A stretch of 44,799 nucleotides of DNA from Aphanocapsa feldmannii 277cV (lineage in GTDB: Bacteria > Cyanobacteriota > Cyanobacteriia > PCC-6307 > Cyanobiaceae): positions 5,784 through 50,582 of the forward strand of contig SRMO01000050.1 in NCBI GenBank assembly GCA_004768415.1. Reading direction: 5' to 3'. Under the pieces are notes generated by a model. It saw nothing but the letters and a program-made list of their open reading frames with translations. It searched no databases and had not been told where the DNA came from. The first letter of the stretch is position 1; every line of letters begins with the position of its first letter. Positions 1-7,881 of this stretch are shown piece by piece. The position numbers and the translations under genes are program-made.

Positions 1-82
1 GGGCTGGTGGGGTATTCACGCTGGCAGAGGGGGTCGAAGCGGGAACGGCTTTAGAATGGCTTCATTCGGATTCCGGGAGCCC

Positions 83-688
83 ATGGCAGGCAGCTTCGCC
101 AGCCTCGCGCGACAGGCCACGAAGCTGCGCACCTCCGTGGCCGTCCCCAAGGAACCGGTGGATCGACCTCGCTACGCCATCCGCACCCTCGGCGACACGG
201 AGCTGCGCCTGCCTGCCGCCCGGGTGGATCGTGTCGATGACCGGATCCGTGACCTCTGCCGCGACATGCTGCGCAGCATGTATACCGCCAAGGGCATCGG
301 CCTGGCGGCTCCCCAGGTGGGGGTGAACAAACAGGTGATCGTGATCGACCTCGATCCGGAGACTCCCAAGGCGGCACCGATGGTGCTGATCAACCCGACG
401 ATCATCGCCGAGGGCGCTGCCGTGGACAGCTGCGAGGAGGGCTGCCTCAGCATCCCCGGTGTCTATCTGAATGTGGTGCGCCCCACCCTGGTGGAGGTGA
501 CCTATCAGGACGAGGCCGGGCGTCGCCGGCGGATCAAAGCCGATGGCCTGCTGGGCCGCTGTATCCAGCACGAGATGGACCACCTCAAGGGGGTGCTCTT
601 CGTGGATCGCGTCACCGACACGGAGGCCCTCAGCAGCGAACTGCAGGAGCATGGTTTTCCTGCGGACGCCGTCCACGCCATCCGCTGA
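83..688 (+). CDS. def: peptide deformylase
   Basis: ORF 56..688 carries the three PDF motifs GIGLAAPQVG, EGCLSIPG and QHEMDHL. The in-frame ATG at 83 gives 201 aa, a typical length. The ATG at 56 is an alternative start. Confidence 0.9.
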   Translation: MAGSFASLARQATKLRTSVAVPKEPVDRPRYAIRTLGDTELRLPAARVDRVDDRIRDLCRDMLRSMYTAKGIGLAAPQVGVNKQVIVIDLDPETPKAAPMVLINPTIIAEGAAVDSCEEGCLSIPGVYLNVVRPTLVEVTYQDEAGRRRRIKADGLLGRCIQHEMDHLKGVLFVDRVTDTEALSSELQEHGFPADAVHAIR

Positions 689-692
689 AGCC

Positions 693-896
693 ATGTCGAT
701 GAACCCCCTGGCCGGCCTGCTGCTGGCCCTCTCCTGCCTGCTCGGCATTGCCGCTACCGGCAGTGTGTTCGAACTGGCCTACGGCGATCCCGACCTGGGG
801 GTGGGTGCCACCGGGGCCATTCTTGCGGTCAGCCTTCCCGGCTGTGTGATTGCCCTGGTGGCGGCTGTGCGCCGCAATCGCTCGGACATGGGCTAA
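693..896 (+). CDS. small hypothetical membrane protein (67 aa, two hydrophobic helices)
   Basis: The ATG lies 5 nt after the def stop, inside listed ORF 543..896. Translation MSMNPLAGLLLALSCLLGIAATG...ILAVSLPGCVIALVAAVRR has two helix-length hydrophobic runs. No family recognised. Confidence 0.4.
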   Translation: MSMNPLAGLLLALSCLLGIAATGSVFELAYGDPDLGVGATGAILAVSLPGCVIALVAAVRRNRSDMG

Positions 897-1161
897 TGAC
901 TGTCCGGACATCCCAGGGGGCTGACGGCTGAGGCCACCGGACCCATCGCACTGCCTGGATCAATGCATCTGACAACACTGGCCGGCGGCCGACCGGGTTG
1001 GTCGTGCAGTGGAGTCGTGCCATTGGCTTGCGACAGCCCTGCAGGCCGGACCCCACAGGCCACGAATCGACACGGGAATGTGAAGGCAAAGGGAGCTCTT
1101 GCGGCACTGTTGTCATGGGGCATCACATCATGGGAGCAGCACCATGATCCGGAGGTCTCCC

Positions 1162-1323
1162 ATGGTCCTCAACGTCCTCGGCAAGGCTCGCAGGTTCCAG
1201 CACTGGGTGGGCGAAGCCCTGGCCCATGCCATCGGCAATCCCACCGAGGAGCAGAAGAGCCAGCCACCCGAAGTGGGCGTGCAGCCCTACCGCGACATGC
1301 CCCACGAGCACTTCCACAGCTGA
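1162..1323 (+). CDS. small hypothetical protein (53 aa)
   Basis: Lies inside ORF 1099..1323. The ATG at 1162 is preceded by GGAGG 6 nt upstream. The ATG at 1144 is an alternative start. No recognisable motif. Confidence 0.3.
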   Translation: MVLNVLGKARRFQHWVGEALAHAIGNPTEEQKSQPPEVGVQPYRDMPHEHFHS

Positions 1324-1482
1324 GCCCTGACATCCTCGCGGCAGTGGCCGGACCCCATGGTCAGCAGCCACAGAGGCCGGCCACGAACCACCGCCCTGCT
1401 TGAGTACCACCGCCTGTCCCCCCATCCAGCGGAATGGCTGATCTTCTACGCTGGATCGATGGAACCCGGATGCTGAGCGGCA

Positions 1483-1785
1483 ATGGCCAAGAAATCGATG
1501 ATCGCGCGGGATGTGAAGCGCAAGAGGATGGTGGAGCGTTTCGCTGCCAAGCGGAAGGGTCTGCTGGCCGCGTTCAACGCAGAGCGCGACCCGATGGCGA
1601 AACTGCTCATCCAGCACAGGATCCAGGCCCTGCCCCGCAACAGCGCCCCCAGCCGTCAGCGCAACCGATGCTGGGCCACCGGCAAACCCCGCGGTGTCAT
1701 GCGTGACTTCGGCCTCTGCCGTAATCAGCTGCGGGAGCGTGCCCACAAGGGTCTGCTGCCCGGTGTGGTGAAGTCTTCCTGGTAG
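1483..1785 (+). CDS. rpsN: 30S ribosomal protein S14
   Basis: 100 aa. [20 protein letters not shown]...[41 protein letters not shown] is a full-length S14 signature. Confidence 0.95.
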   Translation: MAKKSMIARDVKRKRMVERFAAKRKGLLAAFNAERDPMAKLLIQHRIQALPRNSAPSRQRNRCWATGKPRGVMRDFGLCRNQLRERAHKGLLPGVVKSSW

Positions 1786-1981
1786 AAGGCTGTGCCGCGC
1801 GGCGGCAAAGCTAGATCAGCAGGGCTGGGCCCATAGCATCGAGGCCTGGCAGGGCGCGGCTGGCGGGAGGATTGCTGCGTCTGGCCATCACCACCCCCAG
1901 GCTGCTGCAACTGGACGAGGGTCACGTCACCACGCGGGGTTGGATGGCAGGATGAGGGGGTATCAGAAGGACAACACGCGC

Positions 1982-4108
1982 GTGCAAGGTGACATCAAGA
2001 CAATCTTCTTCGATGGCAGGGAAATCCGTCTGACGATCAACCGCTTCGCCCCGCAGGCAGGCGGTTCCGTGCTGATGGCCTGTGGTGATACCGCGGTGCT
2101 GGTGACGGCGACCCGCTCCGGCGGGCGCGAGGGCATTGACTTTCTTCCCCTGATCTGCGACTACGAGGAGCGGATGTATGCCGCTGGTCGCATCCCCGGC
2201 AGCTTTTTCCGTCGCGAGGGCCGCCCCACCGAGCGGGCCATCCTCACCAGCCGTCTGATCGACCGCCCCATGCGGCCACTGTTCCCGAACTGGTTGCGGG
2301 ATGACCTGCAGATCGTTGCCACCTGCCAGTCCCTGGATGAACGGGTCCCACCGGATGTGCTGGCGGTGACCGGTGCCTCCATGGCCGCACTGCTGGCCAG
2401 GCTGCCCTTCCAGGGCCCCATGGGCGCCGTCAGGGTGGGTCTGCTGGGCGACGACTTCGTGCTCAATCCAAGCTTCCGCGAGATCGAGCGCAGCGATCTC
2501 GACCTGGTGGTGGCCGGCACGCCCCAGGGGGTGGTGATGGTGGAGGCCGGTGCCAGCCAGCTACCCGAGGATGACATCATCGAGGCGATCGACTTCGGCT
2601 ATGAGGCCGTGGGCGAACTGATCAAGGCACAGCAGGACATCCTCAAGGAGCTGGGCGTCGAGCAGGTGATCCCCAATGCTCCCCCAATGGACGACACCGT
2701 CTCCAGTTACCTGGAGAAGCAGTGCGGAGAGGCCATCGGCGCCGTCCTTGGCAAGTTCGAGCAGAACAAGGAGGAGCGTGACGCCCGTCTGGATGAGATC
2801 AAGGCAAAGCTGATCAAGACCGTCGACGGCCTCAAGGACGACGACAAGGTCAAGCTGGCAGTCGGCGCCAACGGCAAGGTCCTGGGCAATGAGTACAAGG
2901 CCCTGACCAGAAAGCTGATGCGTGCTCAGATCATCGAGCAAGGCCAGCGGGTGGACGGCCGCAGCCTGGACCAGGTGCGACCCATTGCTGCTGCCGCCGG
3001 TGTGCTGCCCAACCGGGTGCATGGCTCAGGCCTGTTCCAGCGTGGGCTGACCCAGGTGCTGTCGACGACCACCCTCGGTACCCCCGGTGATGCCCAGGAG
3101 ATCGACGACCTCAACCCGAACAAGGAGAAGACCTACCTCCACCACTACAACTTTCCACCCTTTTCTGTCGGCGAGACACGCCCGATGCGGTCCCCTGGCC
3201 GGCGTGAGATCGGCCATGGTGCCCTGGCGGAACGGGCCATCACTCCTGTGCTGCCGGTGAGGGAAGGCTTTCCTTATGTGATCCGCGTGGTCTCCGAGGT
3301 GCTGAGTTCCAATGGCTCCACCTCCATGGCTTCCGTCTGCGGCAGCACCCTCGCTCTGATGGATGCCGGTGTGCCGATCAAAGCTCCGGTAGCCGGCGCA
3401 GCCATGGGTCTGATCCGGGAGGGCAAAGAGGTGCGTGTGCTCACCGACATCCAGGGCATCGAGGATTTCCTCGGTGACATGGACTTCAAGGTGGCAGGCA
3501 CAGAGAAGGGCATCACCGCCCTGCAGATGGACATGAAGATCACCGGTCTCGACATGAAGACCGTGGCCGATGCTGTCAACCAGGCACGCCCCGCCCGTCT
3601 GCACATCCTCGCGAAGATGCTGGAGGCGATCGACAAGCCCCGTGAGCAGATGTCTCCCCACGCTCCCCGCCTGATCAGCCTCAGGATTCCCGCTGACATG
3701 ATCGGGATGGTGATCGGTCCCGGTGGTCGTCAGATCAAGAAAATCACCGAGGAGACCAACACCAAGATCGACATCTCCGACGATGGCACGGTCACCATCG
3801 CCAGCCATGATGGTTCCGCCGCCGCTGAGGCCCAGCGGATCATCGATGGGCTGACGCGCAGGGTCAATGAGGGCGAGGTGTTCAGCGGGGCCGTCACCCG
3901 CATCATTCCGATCGGTGCCTTCGTCGAGATTCTTCCCGGCAAGGAAGGCATGATCCACATCTCCCAGCTCACAGAGGCCCGCGTGGAGAAGGTGGAGGAC
4001 GTTGTGCAGGTCGGTGACAGCGTGACCGTGCGGGTGCGGGAAATTGACGGCCGCGGCCGCATCAATCTCACCCTGCGGGGTGTGCCCCAGAACGCCGGCG
4101 CAGCCTGA
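1982..4108 (+). CDS. pnp: polyribonucleotide nucleotidyltransferase (PNPase)
   Basis: Two RNase PH-like domains are followed by a KH domain ([20 protein letters not shown]) and an S1 domain ([33 protein letters not shown]). I placed the start at GTG 1982 ([17 protein letters not shown]) by analogy with the usual N-terminus. The track ORF opens at TTG 1940. Confidence 0.93.
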   Translation: MQGDIKTIFFDGREIRLTINRFAPQAGGSVLMACGDTAVLVTATRSGGREGIDFLPLICDYEERMYAAGRIPGSFFRREGRPTERAILTSRLIDRPMRPLFPNWLRDDLQIVATCQSLDERVPPDVLAVTGASMAALLARLPFQGPMGAVRVGLLGDDFVLNPSFREIERSDLDLVVAGTPQGVVMVEAGASQLPEDDIIEAIDFGYEAVGELIKAQQDILKELGVEQVIPNAPPMDDTVSSYLEKQCGEAIGAVLGKFEQNKEERDARLDEIKAKLIKTVDGLKDDDKVKLAVGANGKVLGNEYKALTRKLMRAQIIEQGQRVDGRSLDQVRPIAAAAGVLPNRVHGSGLFQRGLTQVLSTTTLGTPGDAQEIDDLNPNKEKTYLHHYNFPPFSVGETRPMRSPGRREIGHGALAERAITPVLPVREGFPYVIRVVSEVLSSNGSTSMASVCGSTLALMDAGVPIKAPVAGAAMGLIREGKEVRVLTDIQGIEDFLGDMDFKVAGTEKGITALQMDMKITGLDMKTVADAVNQARPARLHILAKMLEAIDKPREQMSPHAPRLISLRIPADMIGMVIGPGGRQIKKITEETNTKIDISDDGTVTIASHDGSAAAEAQRIIDGLTRRVNEGEVFSGAVTRIIPIGAFVEILPGKEGMIHISQLTEARVEKVEDVVQVGDSVTVRVREIDGRGRINLTLRGVPQNAGAA

Positions 4109-4144
4109 GTGTCCTCCGGTCGTCCTGATTGAGAGGGCGAGAGA

Positions 4145-4194
4145 GCCTTGAGCAAGGTGAAGTCGGTCCGTGGACCAGCTTCACCTTGCTCAAG
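4145..4194 (+). terminator. long perfect hairpin 37 nt downstream of the pnp stop (terminator or 3'-end stability element)
   Basis: CCTTGAGCAAGGTGAAG (4145-4161) pairs perfectly with CTTCACCTTGCTCAAGG (4178-4194). The 16-nt loop contains a nested GGTCC-GT-GGACC stem. No U-tract follows. Confidence 0.4.
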
Positions 4195-4299
4195 GTCATT
4201 GTGGGGAGCGGTGCCCCGGCCCGTGAGCCCGACAGTCCGGAACCTCATGAGTTTGCTGGAAGACTCGGATCCACCCCGTCAGAAGGGATGCCTGACTAT

Positions 4300-4759
4300 C
4301 AAGTCACTGGCAATGGCTAACAAAGGCTCGATGCAGGCCGGAAAATGGTTTATTGGTCTTTCCAATACCAGGGAAGTTCTGGTTAATCAAGGCATGCTTT
4401 ACTAGGTGGCCAGAGCTTCTTTGCAAAATTTTGCGCAACCAATAACACTGACACTCAGACTATAAAATTAATTTTTTGTTGCAAAGTGTAATACCGTTTT
4501 GCTGGTTATTCAGAATTTAATCTGAAGTTGTCCAGCAAAAATCGGGAAATTCCTTAACTCTTCTACCAGATGCTTGCAGATGCTTGATTTTCCTGTTAAC
4601 CTGTTGGTGGACAAGCGCTTCAAGCACCCCTCGGCAGCTCCAACGCTCAATTCATCTCTCGGCCCATGCAGCTCTTTCAAGTCACTCGGCAGCAGCCAAT
4701 TCTCTCGCTGTCCATCAGCTGACGCTTCCAAGCAATCATTCAACTGGCATTGACTACAG
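4300..4759 (+). promoter_or_regulatory. AT-rich 5' leader/promoter region of the island gene
   Basis: About 460 bp with no convincing ORF. It contains the perfect palindrome GCAAAATTTTGC (4423-4434), a second TTGCAAA about 55 bp downstream, and tandem CAGATGCTTG x2 (4567-4586). Confidence 0.3.
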
Positions 4760-6916
4760 ATGGATAGGAAACAGATCAATCGACTGTTACTCGTCGCGCT
4801 GCTGCTTGGCCTTGTCGCTGCATTTTTTGGGCTTGGTCTGCAGGACGTTCTAACCCTCGAAAAATTGCGAGCCAGCCATCAGGCACTGGTTGACTGGCGC
4901 CAGCAGTCTCCTATTACTGCCGCCCTGCTCTACCTTGTGATCTACACCATGGCGACAGGGCTGCTGATCCCTGGTGCCGCGGTGCTGACCCTCGCAGGTG
5001 GCGCAATCTTCGGCCTGGGCTTGGGAACCTTGCTGACGTCCTTTGCATCGAGTCTCGGTGCGTTGCTTGGATTCCTTGTGGCCCGCTACCTCCTTCATGA
5101 TGTTGTAAAACGGCGCTTTGGGCGTCAGCTCGAACCAATTGAACAAGGCTTCAAGCGCGACGGAGTCCTCTATCTACTCAGCCTAAGACTGGTACCAGTT
5201 TTCCCCTTTTTTGTAATCAATATACTGATGGCGCTGACTCCGATGAGGGCAGCGACTTTTTATCTGACCAGCCAGCTCGGGATGCTTCCTGGCACCCTCG
5301 TTTATGTCAACGCCGGCACACAACTCGCTAAGCTTAGGGGCCTTGATGGAATCCTTTCTCCCCCAATCATACTTTCACTGTTACTGCTGGCTGTGTTCCC
5401 CTGGATCGCCAAGGCGGCAATCGGGAGATGGCAAACTTGGCGGCTATACAGGCGTTGGCGCAAGCCTCACCGTTTTGATCGCAACCTGATAGTTATCGGT
5501 GCTGGTGCTGCTGGCCTTGTAACCTCCTATATCGCCGCAACTGTTAAAGCCAGAGTTACCCTGATCGAGGCTGGTGAAATGGGCGGAGATTGCCTGAACA
5601 CTGGCTGTGTTCCCAGCAAAGCATTGATCACCACGGCTCGCCTCGCCGCACGGATGCGGCAGGCCGACCGCTATGGACTTGCGCCTGTGGAGCCGAAGCT
5701 CTCGATTCGGCAGGTGCTTGAGCGAGTCGAAGGCAAGGTGAAAGCCATTGCCCCACACGACAGCATCGATCGCTACGAACAGCTGGGCGTGGAGGTTCTA
5801 CAGGGTCACGCGAAGCTGACCGATCCCTGGACTGTTTCGATCCGCCATCATGATGCAAGCACACAGCAACTGACAGCGCGGGCCATCGTGCTGGCCACTG
5901 GGGCATCCCCCTGGATCCCTGATCTTCCTGGCCGCGATCAGATCAAACTGCTCACAAGCGAGACGATCTGGTCCTATCTCAGGCACTGTCCCGTAGATAA
6001 TCCCATCCTGGTGGTGCTTGGAGGCGGACCGATTGCCTGTGAACTTGCCCAGGCTATGGCTCAACTTGGTCTGTCTGTTACTCAGGTACAACGTGGTAAC
6101 CGGCTCCTAAGAAAAGAGGACCCGGAGGTGGCGGCAATGGTTCGGGAGGCACTTGTTGCTGACGGTGTCCAACTCCTGACCAACTGCAAAGTTTGTGGCT
6201 TTGGGCAAGGTCAGGTGCTGGTTGAGCACGAGGGTGAGCAAAAGCAGCTTCGCTGTGATGCTGTGCTCAGTGCCTTGGGCCGCCACGCGAGATTGCAGGG
6301 CTACGGCCTTGAGGAGCTGGGCATTTCCACCGGAACAACCATCAACACGGACGACTACCTCAGGACAAACTACCCCAACATTCTTGCTGCAGGTGACGTG
6401 GCTGGCCCTTATCAGTTCACCCATACTGCTGCACATCAGGCTTGGTACGCCGCTGTCAATGCGCTGTTTGGCAGTTTTAGGGCTTTCAAGGCAGACTACA
6501 AAGTGATTCCTCGCGTTACCTTCACGGACCCTGAAGTTGCTGTTGTTGGCATTACTGAAAGCGAGGCTGTTCAGCAAGGAATAGCTTTTGAGGTGACCCG
6601 ATTTCCCCTGGATGAGCTTGATCGCGCCATCGTTGAAAGTGCAGAACGAGGTTTTGTGAAAATTCTCACACCAGTAGGCAAAGACAAGATTCTAGGCGTC
6701 ACTGTTGTTGGCCAGCATGCTGGAGAGCTTTTGGCTGAATTTGTTCTTGCGATGAAGTGGAACCTTGGGCTTAACAAAATTCTTGGCACAATTCATGCCT
6801 ATCCAACCTTTTCAGAAGCAAGCAAATACGCTTCTGGTGCATGGAAGAAGTCCCACTCTCCTCAGCTGGCTTTGAAGCTTCTGCAACGGTTTCATAAATG
6901 GAGAAGACGGGCTTGA
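4760..6916 (+). CDS. fusion protein: DedA/TVP38/TMEM64 (SNARE-associated) membrane domain plus FAD-dependent pyridine nucleotide-disulfide oxidoreductase
   Basis: The N-terminal ~225 aa are multi-TM with a DedA-like core (LIPGAAVLTLAGGAIFG...LRLVPVFPFFVINI). They are followed by a Rossmann fold (LIVIGAGAAGL), the redox-active disulfide motif GGDCLNTGCVPSKAL, and a C-terminal dimerisation His-Glu motif (IHAYPTFSEA). There is no C-terminal Cys pair of MerA type. Confidence 0.85.
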   Translation: MDRKQINRLLLVALLLGLVAAFFGLGLQDVLTLEKLRASHQALVDWRQQSPITAALLYLVIYTMATGLLIPGAAVLTLAGGAIFGLGLGTLLTSFASSLGALLGFLVARYLLHDVVKRRFGRQLEPIEQGFKRDGVLYLLSLRLVPVFPFFVINILMALTPMRAATFYLTSQLGMLPGTLVYVNAGTQLAKLRGLDGILSPPIILSLLLLAVFPWIAKAAIGRWQTWRLYRRWRKPHRFDRNLIVIGAGAAGLVTSYIAATVKARVTLIEAGEMGGDCLNTGCVPSKALITTARLAARMRQADRYGLAPVEPKLSIRQVLERVEGKVKAIAPHDSIDRYEQLGVEVLQGHAKLTDPWTVSIRHHDASTQQLTARAIVLATGASPWIPDLPGRDQIKLLTSETIWSYLRHCPVDNPILVVLGGGPIACELAQAMAQLGLSVTQVQRGNRLLRKEDPEVAAMVREALVADGVQLLTNCKVCGFGQGQVLVEHEGEQKQLRCDAVLSALGRHARLQGYGLEELGISTGTTINTDDYLRTNYPNILAAGDVAGPYQFTHTAAHQAWYAAVNALFGSFRAFKADYKVIPRVTFTDPEVAVVGITESEAVQQGIAFEVTRFPLDELDRAIVESAERGFVKILTPVGKDKILGVTVVGQHAGELLAEFVLAMKWNLGLNKILGTIHAYPTFSEASKYASGAWKKSHSPQLALKLLQRFHKWRRRA

Positions 6917-6955
6917 GCTTCTTCAGCTAGAATTGGCAAGAGCCCGCTAAAATCG

Positions 6956-7402
6956 ATGCGCCATTTCCTCATTGCAGCTGCTCTCTGCAGTTCAGTGCTA
7001 GCCTGCAGTTCAGAACTAGCACCTCCAAGCACTGCACAACCAGCCGCTGAACAGCCTGTGAGCAGGTTTCTTCCTGCTGAATCAGATGTCGCCGGCACAG
7101 TGTTTCTCGATCGAAGTGGTGACCAAACAAAGATCATTTTTAGTGATGATTTTAAAGTTAATCGCGGTCCAGATCTTTATGTAATTTTAGGTAATTCAAA
7201 TATGCCGTTGCTGAATAGTGAAGCTCCTTATTACTCAATTAAGCCTAACAGTTACACAATATTAGATCGCCTCAAGTCACCTAAAGGTACACAGAGTTAT
7301 GCCGTTCCTTCTGAGCTTAAGATAACAGACTATGGTTCGGTTTTAATTTGGTGTCGTAGATTCAATGCCACATTTGCTTGGGCTCCAATTGATCTTGGTT
7401 AA
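6956..7402 (+). CDS. DM13-domain lipoprotein
   Basis: Lipobox signal peptide MRHFLIAAALCSSVLAC. DM13-like pattern GTVFLDRSGDQTKIIFSDDFKVNRGPDLYVILGN ... KGTQSYAVPSELKITDYGSVLIWCRRFNATFAWAPI. This is the lowest-GC part of the window. Confidence 0.65.
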   Translation: MRHFLIAAALCSSVLACSSELAPPSTAQPAAEQPVSRFLPAESDVAGTVFLDRSGDQTKIIFSDDFKVNRGPDLYVILGNSNMPLLNSEAPYYSIKPNSYTILDRLKSPKGTQSYAVPSELKITDYGSVLIWCRRFNATFAWAPIDLG

Positions 7403-7504
7403 GGAAACTCTGGTAACCCCTCATTCTCCATATTCCTTTGCTGGGGTCCATTGCGATGCAGCGGGCAACTTAGTGCTTGCGCAGGTTTTCCAGAGTCTGC
7501 CTAA

Positions 7505-7813
7505 CTAATCACGGTCCCTGGGTCGTTGCCGGGCATCCTGCTGATGGCGAGGCAGCTTGTCGCCCACGGTGAACAGAGGATCGTTGTTCTTGAACCAGAT
7601 CCAGTCGCGCAGGGGTGGCGTCTCCGCCAGCTCGCGACGGCTCAACCCCAGACCGATTCTGTCGGAACACTGCACCAGCAGATCCAGCATCATCTCCCCA
7701 TCTGCAGCTCTGGCCAGTGCCTCATTCCAGCGTTTGTCACCGTTGAGACCGCGTACAAGGGCCTTGACCCGCTGCGCGACGCTGTAGCTGCTGTAGTCGG
7801 GCTGATGTGGCAT
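7505..7813 (-). CDS. hypothetical protein (102 aa)
   Basis: ORF only. It sits at the right edge of the low-GC island and downstream of ppk2 on the same strand. It has a faint resemblance to Nif11-type helical domains, but no GG cleavage site and no Cys-rich core. Confidence 0.4.
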   Translation of the reverse strand: MPHQPDYSSYSVAQRVKALVRGLNGDKRWNEALARAADGEMMLDLLVQCSDRIGLGLSRRELAETPPLRDWIWFKNNDPLFTVGDKLPRHQQDARQRPRDRD

Positions 7814-7881
7814 TCCAGGTCAGGCAACAGCGGCAAGTTATCAGCGATCACGGCAGTCCTGTCGACCGCGGAGCCGTACCC

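Larger units (their letters stand above)
4290..7450. other. low-GC compositional island (putative horizontally acquired segment)
   Basis: Hand counts: 7141-7200 has 17/60 G+C and 5161-5220 has 26/60, against 38/60 in backbone 9001-9060. The edges are approximate. No integrase, tRNA or flanking direct repeat seen. Confidence 0.6.

Noticed and set aside
1061-1110. The segment ACGGGAATGTGAAGGCAAAGGGAGC, which resembles the GGACGGAAGUAGG / GAAGGAACG cores of glutamine riboswitches (glnA and Downstream-peptide motifs), upstream of a tiny ORF.
   Set aside because: I could not find the pairing CGUUC/GAACG P1 arms or an exact core match. The similarity is at the level of purine-rich words. It needs an Infernal scan before any claim.
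4195-4300. A possible tRNA or tmRNA fragment or att site at the left island boundary.
   Set aside because: There is no T-arm (GGTTCGAATCC-like) sequence and no acceptor-stem complementarity. I found no matching direct repeat at the right boundary (7403-7510).
4380-4600. Several TTAA/TTAAT/TTAAC cores that might be cyanobacterial Pho boxes (tandem PyTTAAPyPy(T/A) repeats), given the nearby ppk2.
   Set aside because: The cores are not arranged at the regular spacing of about 11 bp required for PhoB boxes. Such words are expected by chance in AT-rich DNA.
4510-4853. ORFs 4510..4779 (-) and 4584..4853 (+) in the AT-rich leader.
   Set aside because: They overlap each other and the start of the DedA-fusion gene. 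They have no ribosome-binding site or recognisable motifs, and their translations look random.
7505-7813. Possible Nif11-type leader peptide or prochlorosin-like lanthipeptide precursor.
   Set aside because: It has no GG or GA cleavage motif followed by a Cys/Ser/Thr-rich core. No LanM-type gene is nearby. The resemblance to Nif11 is only a loose helical pattern.
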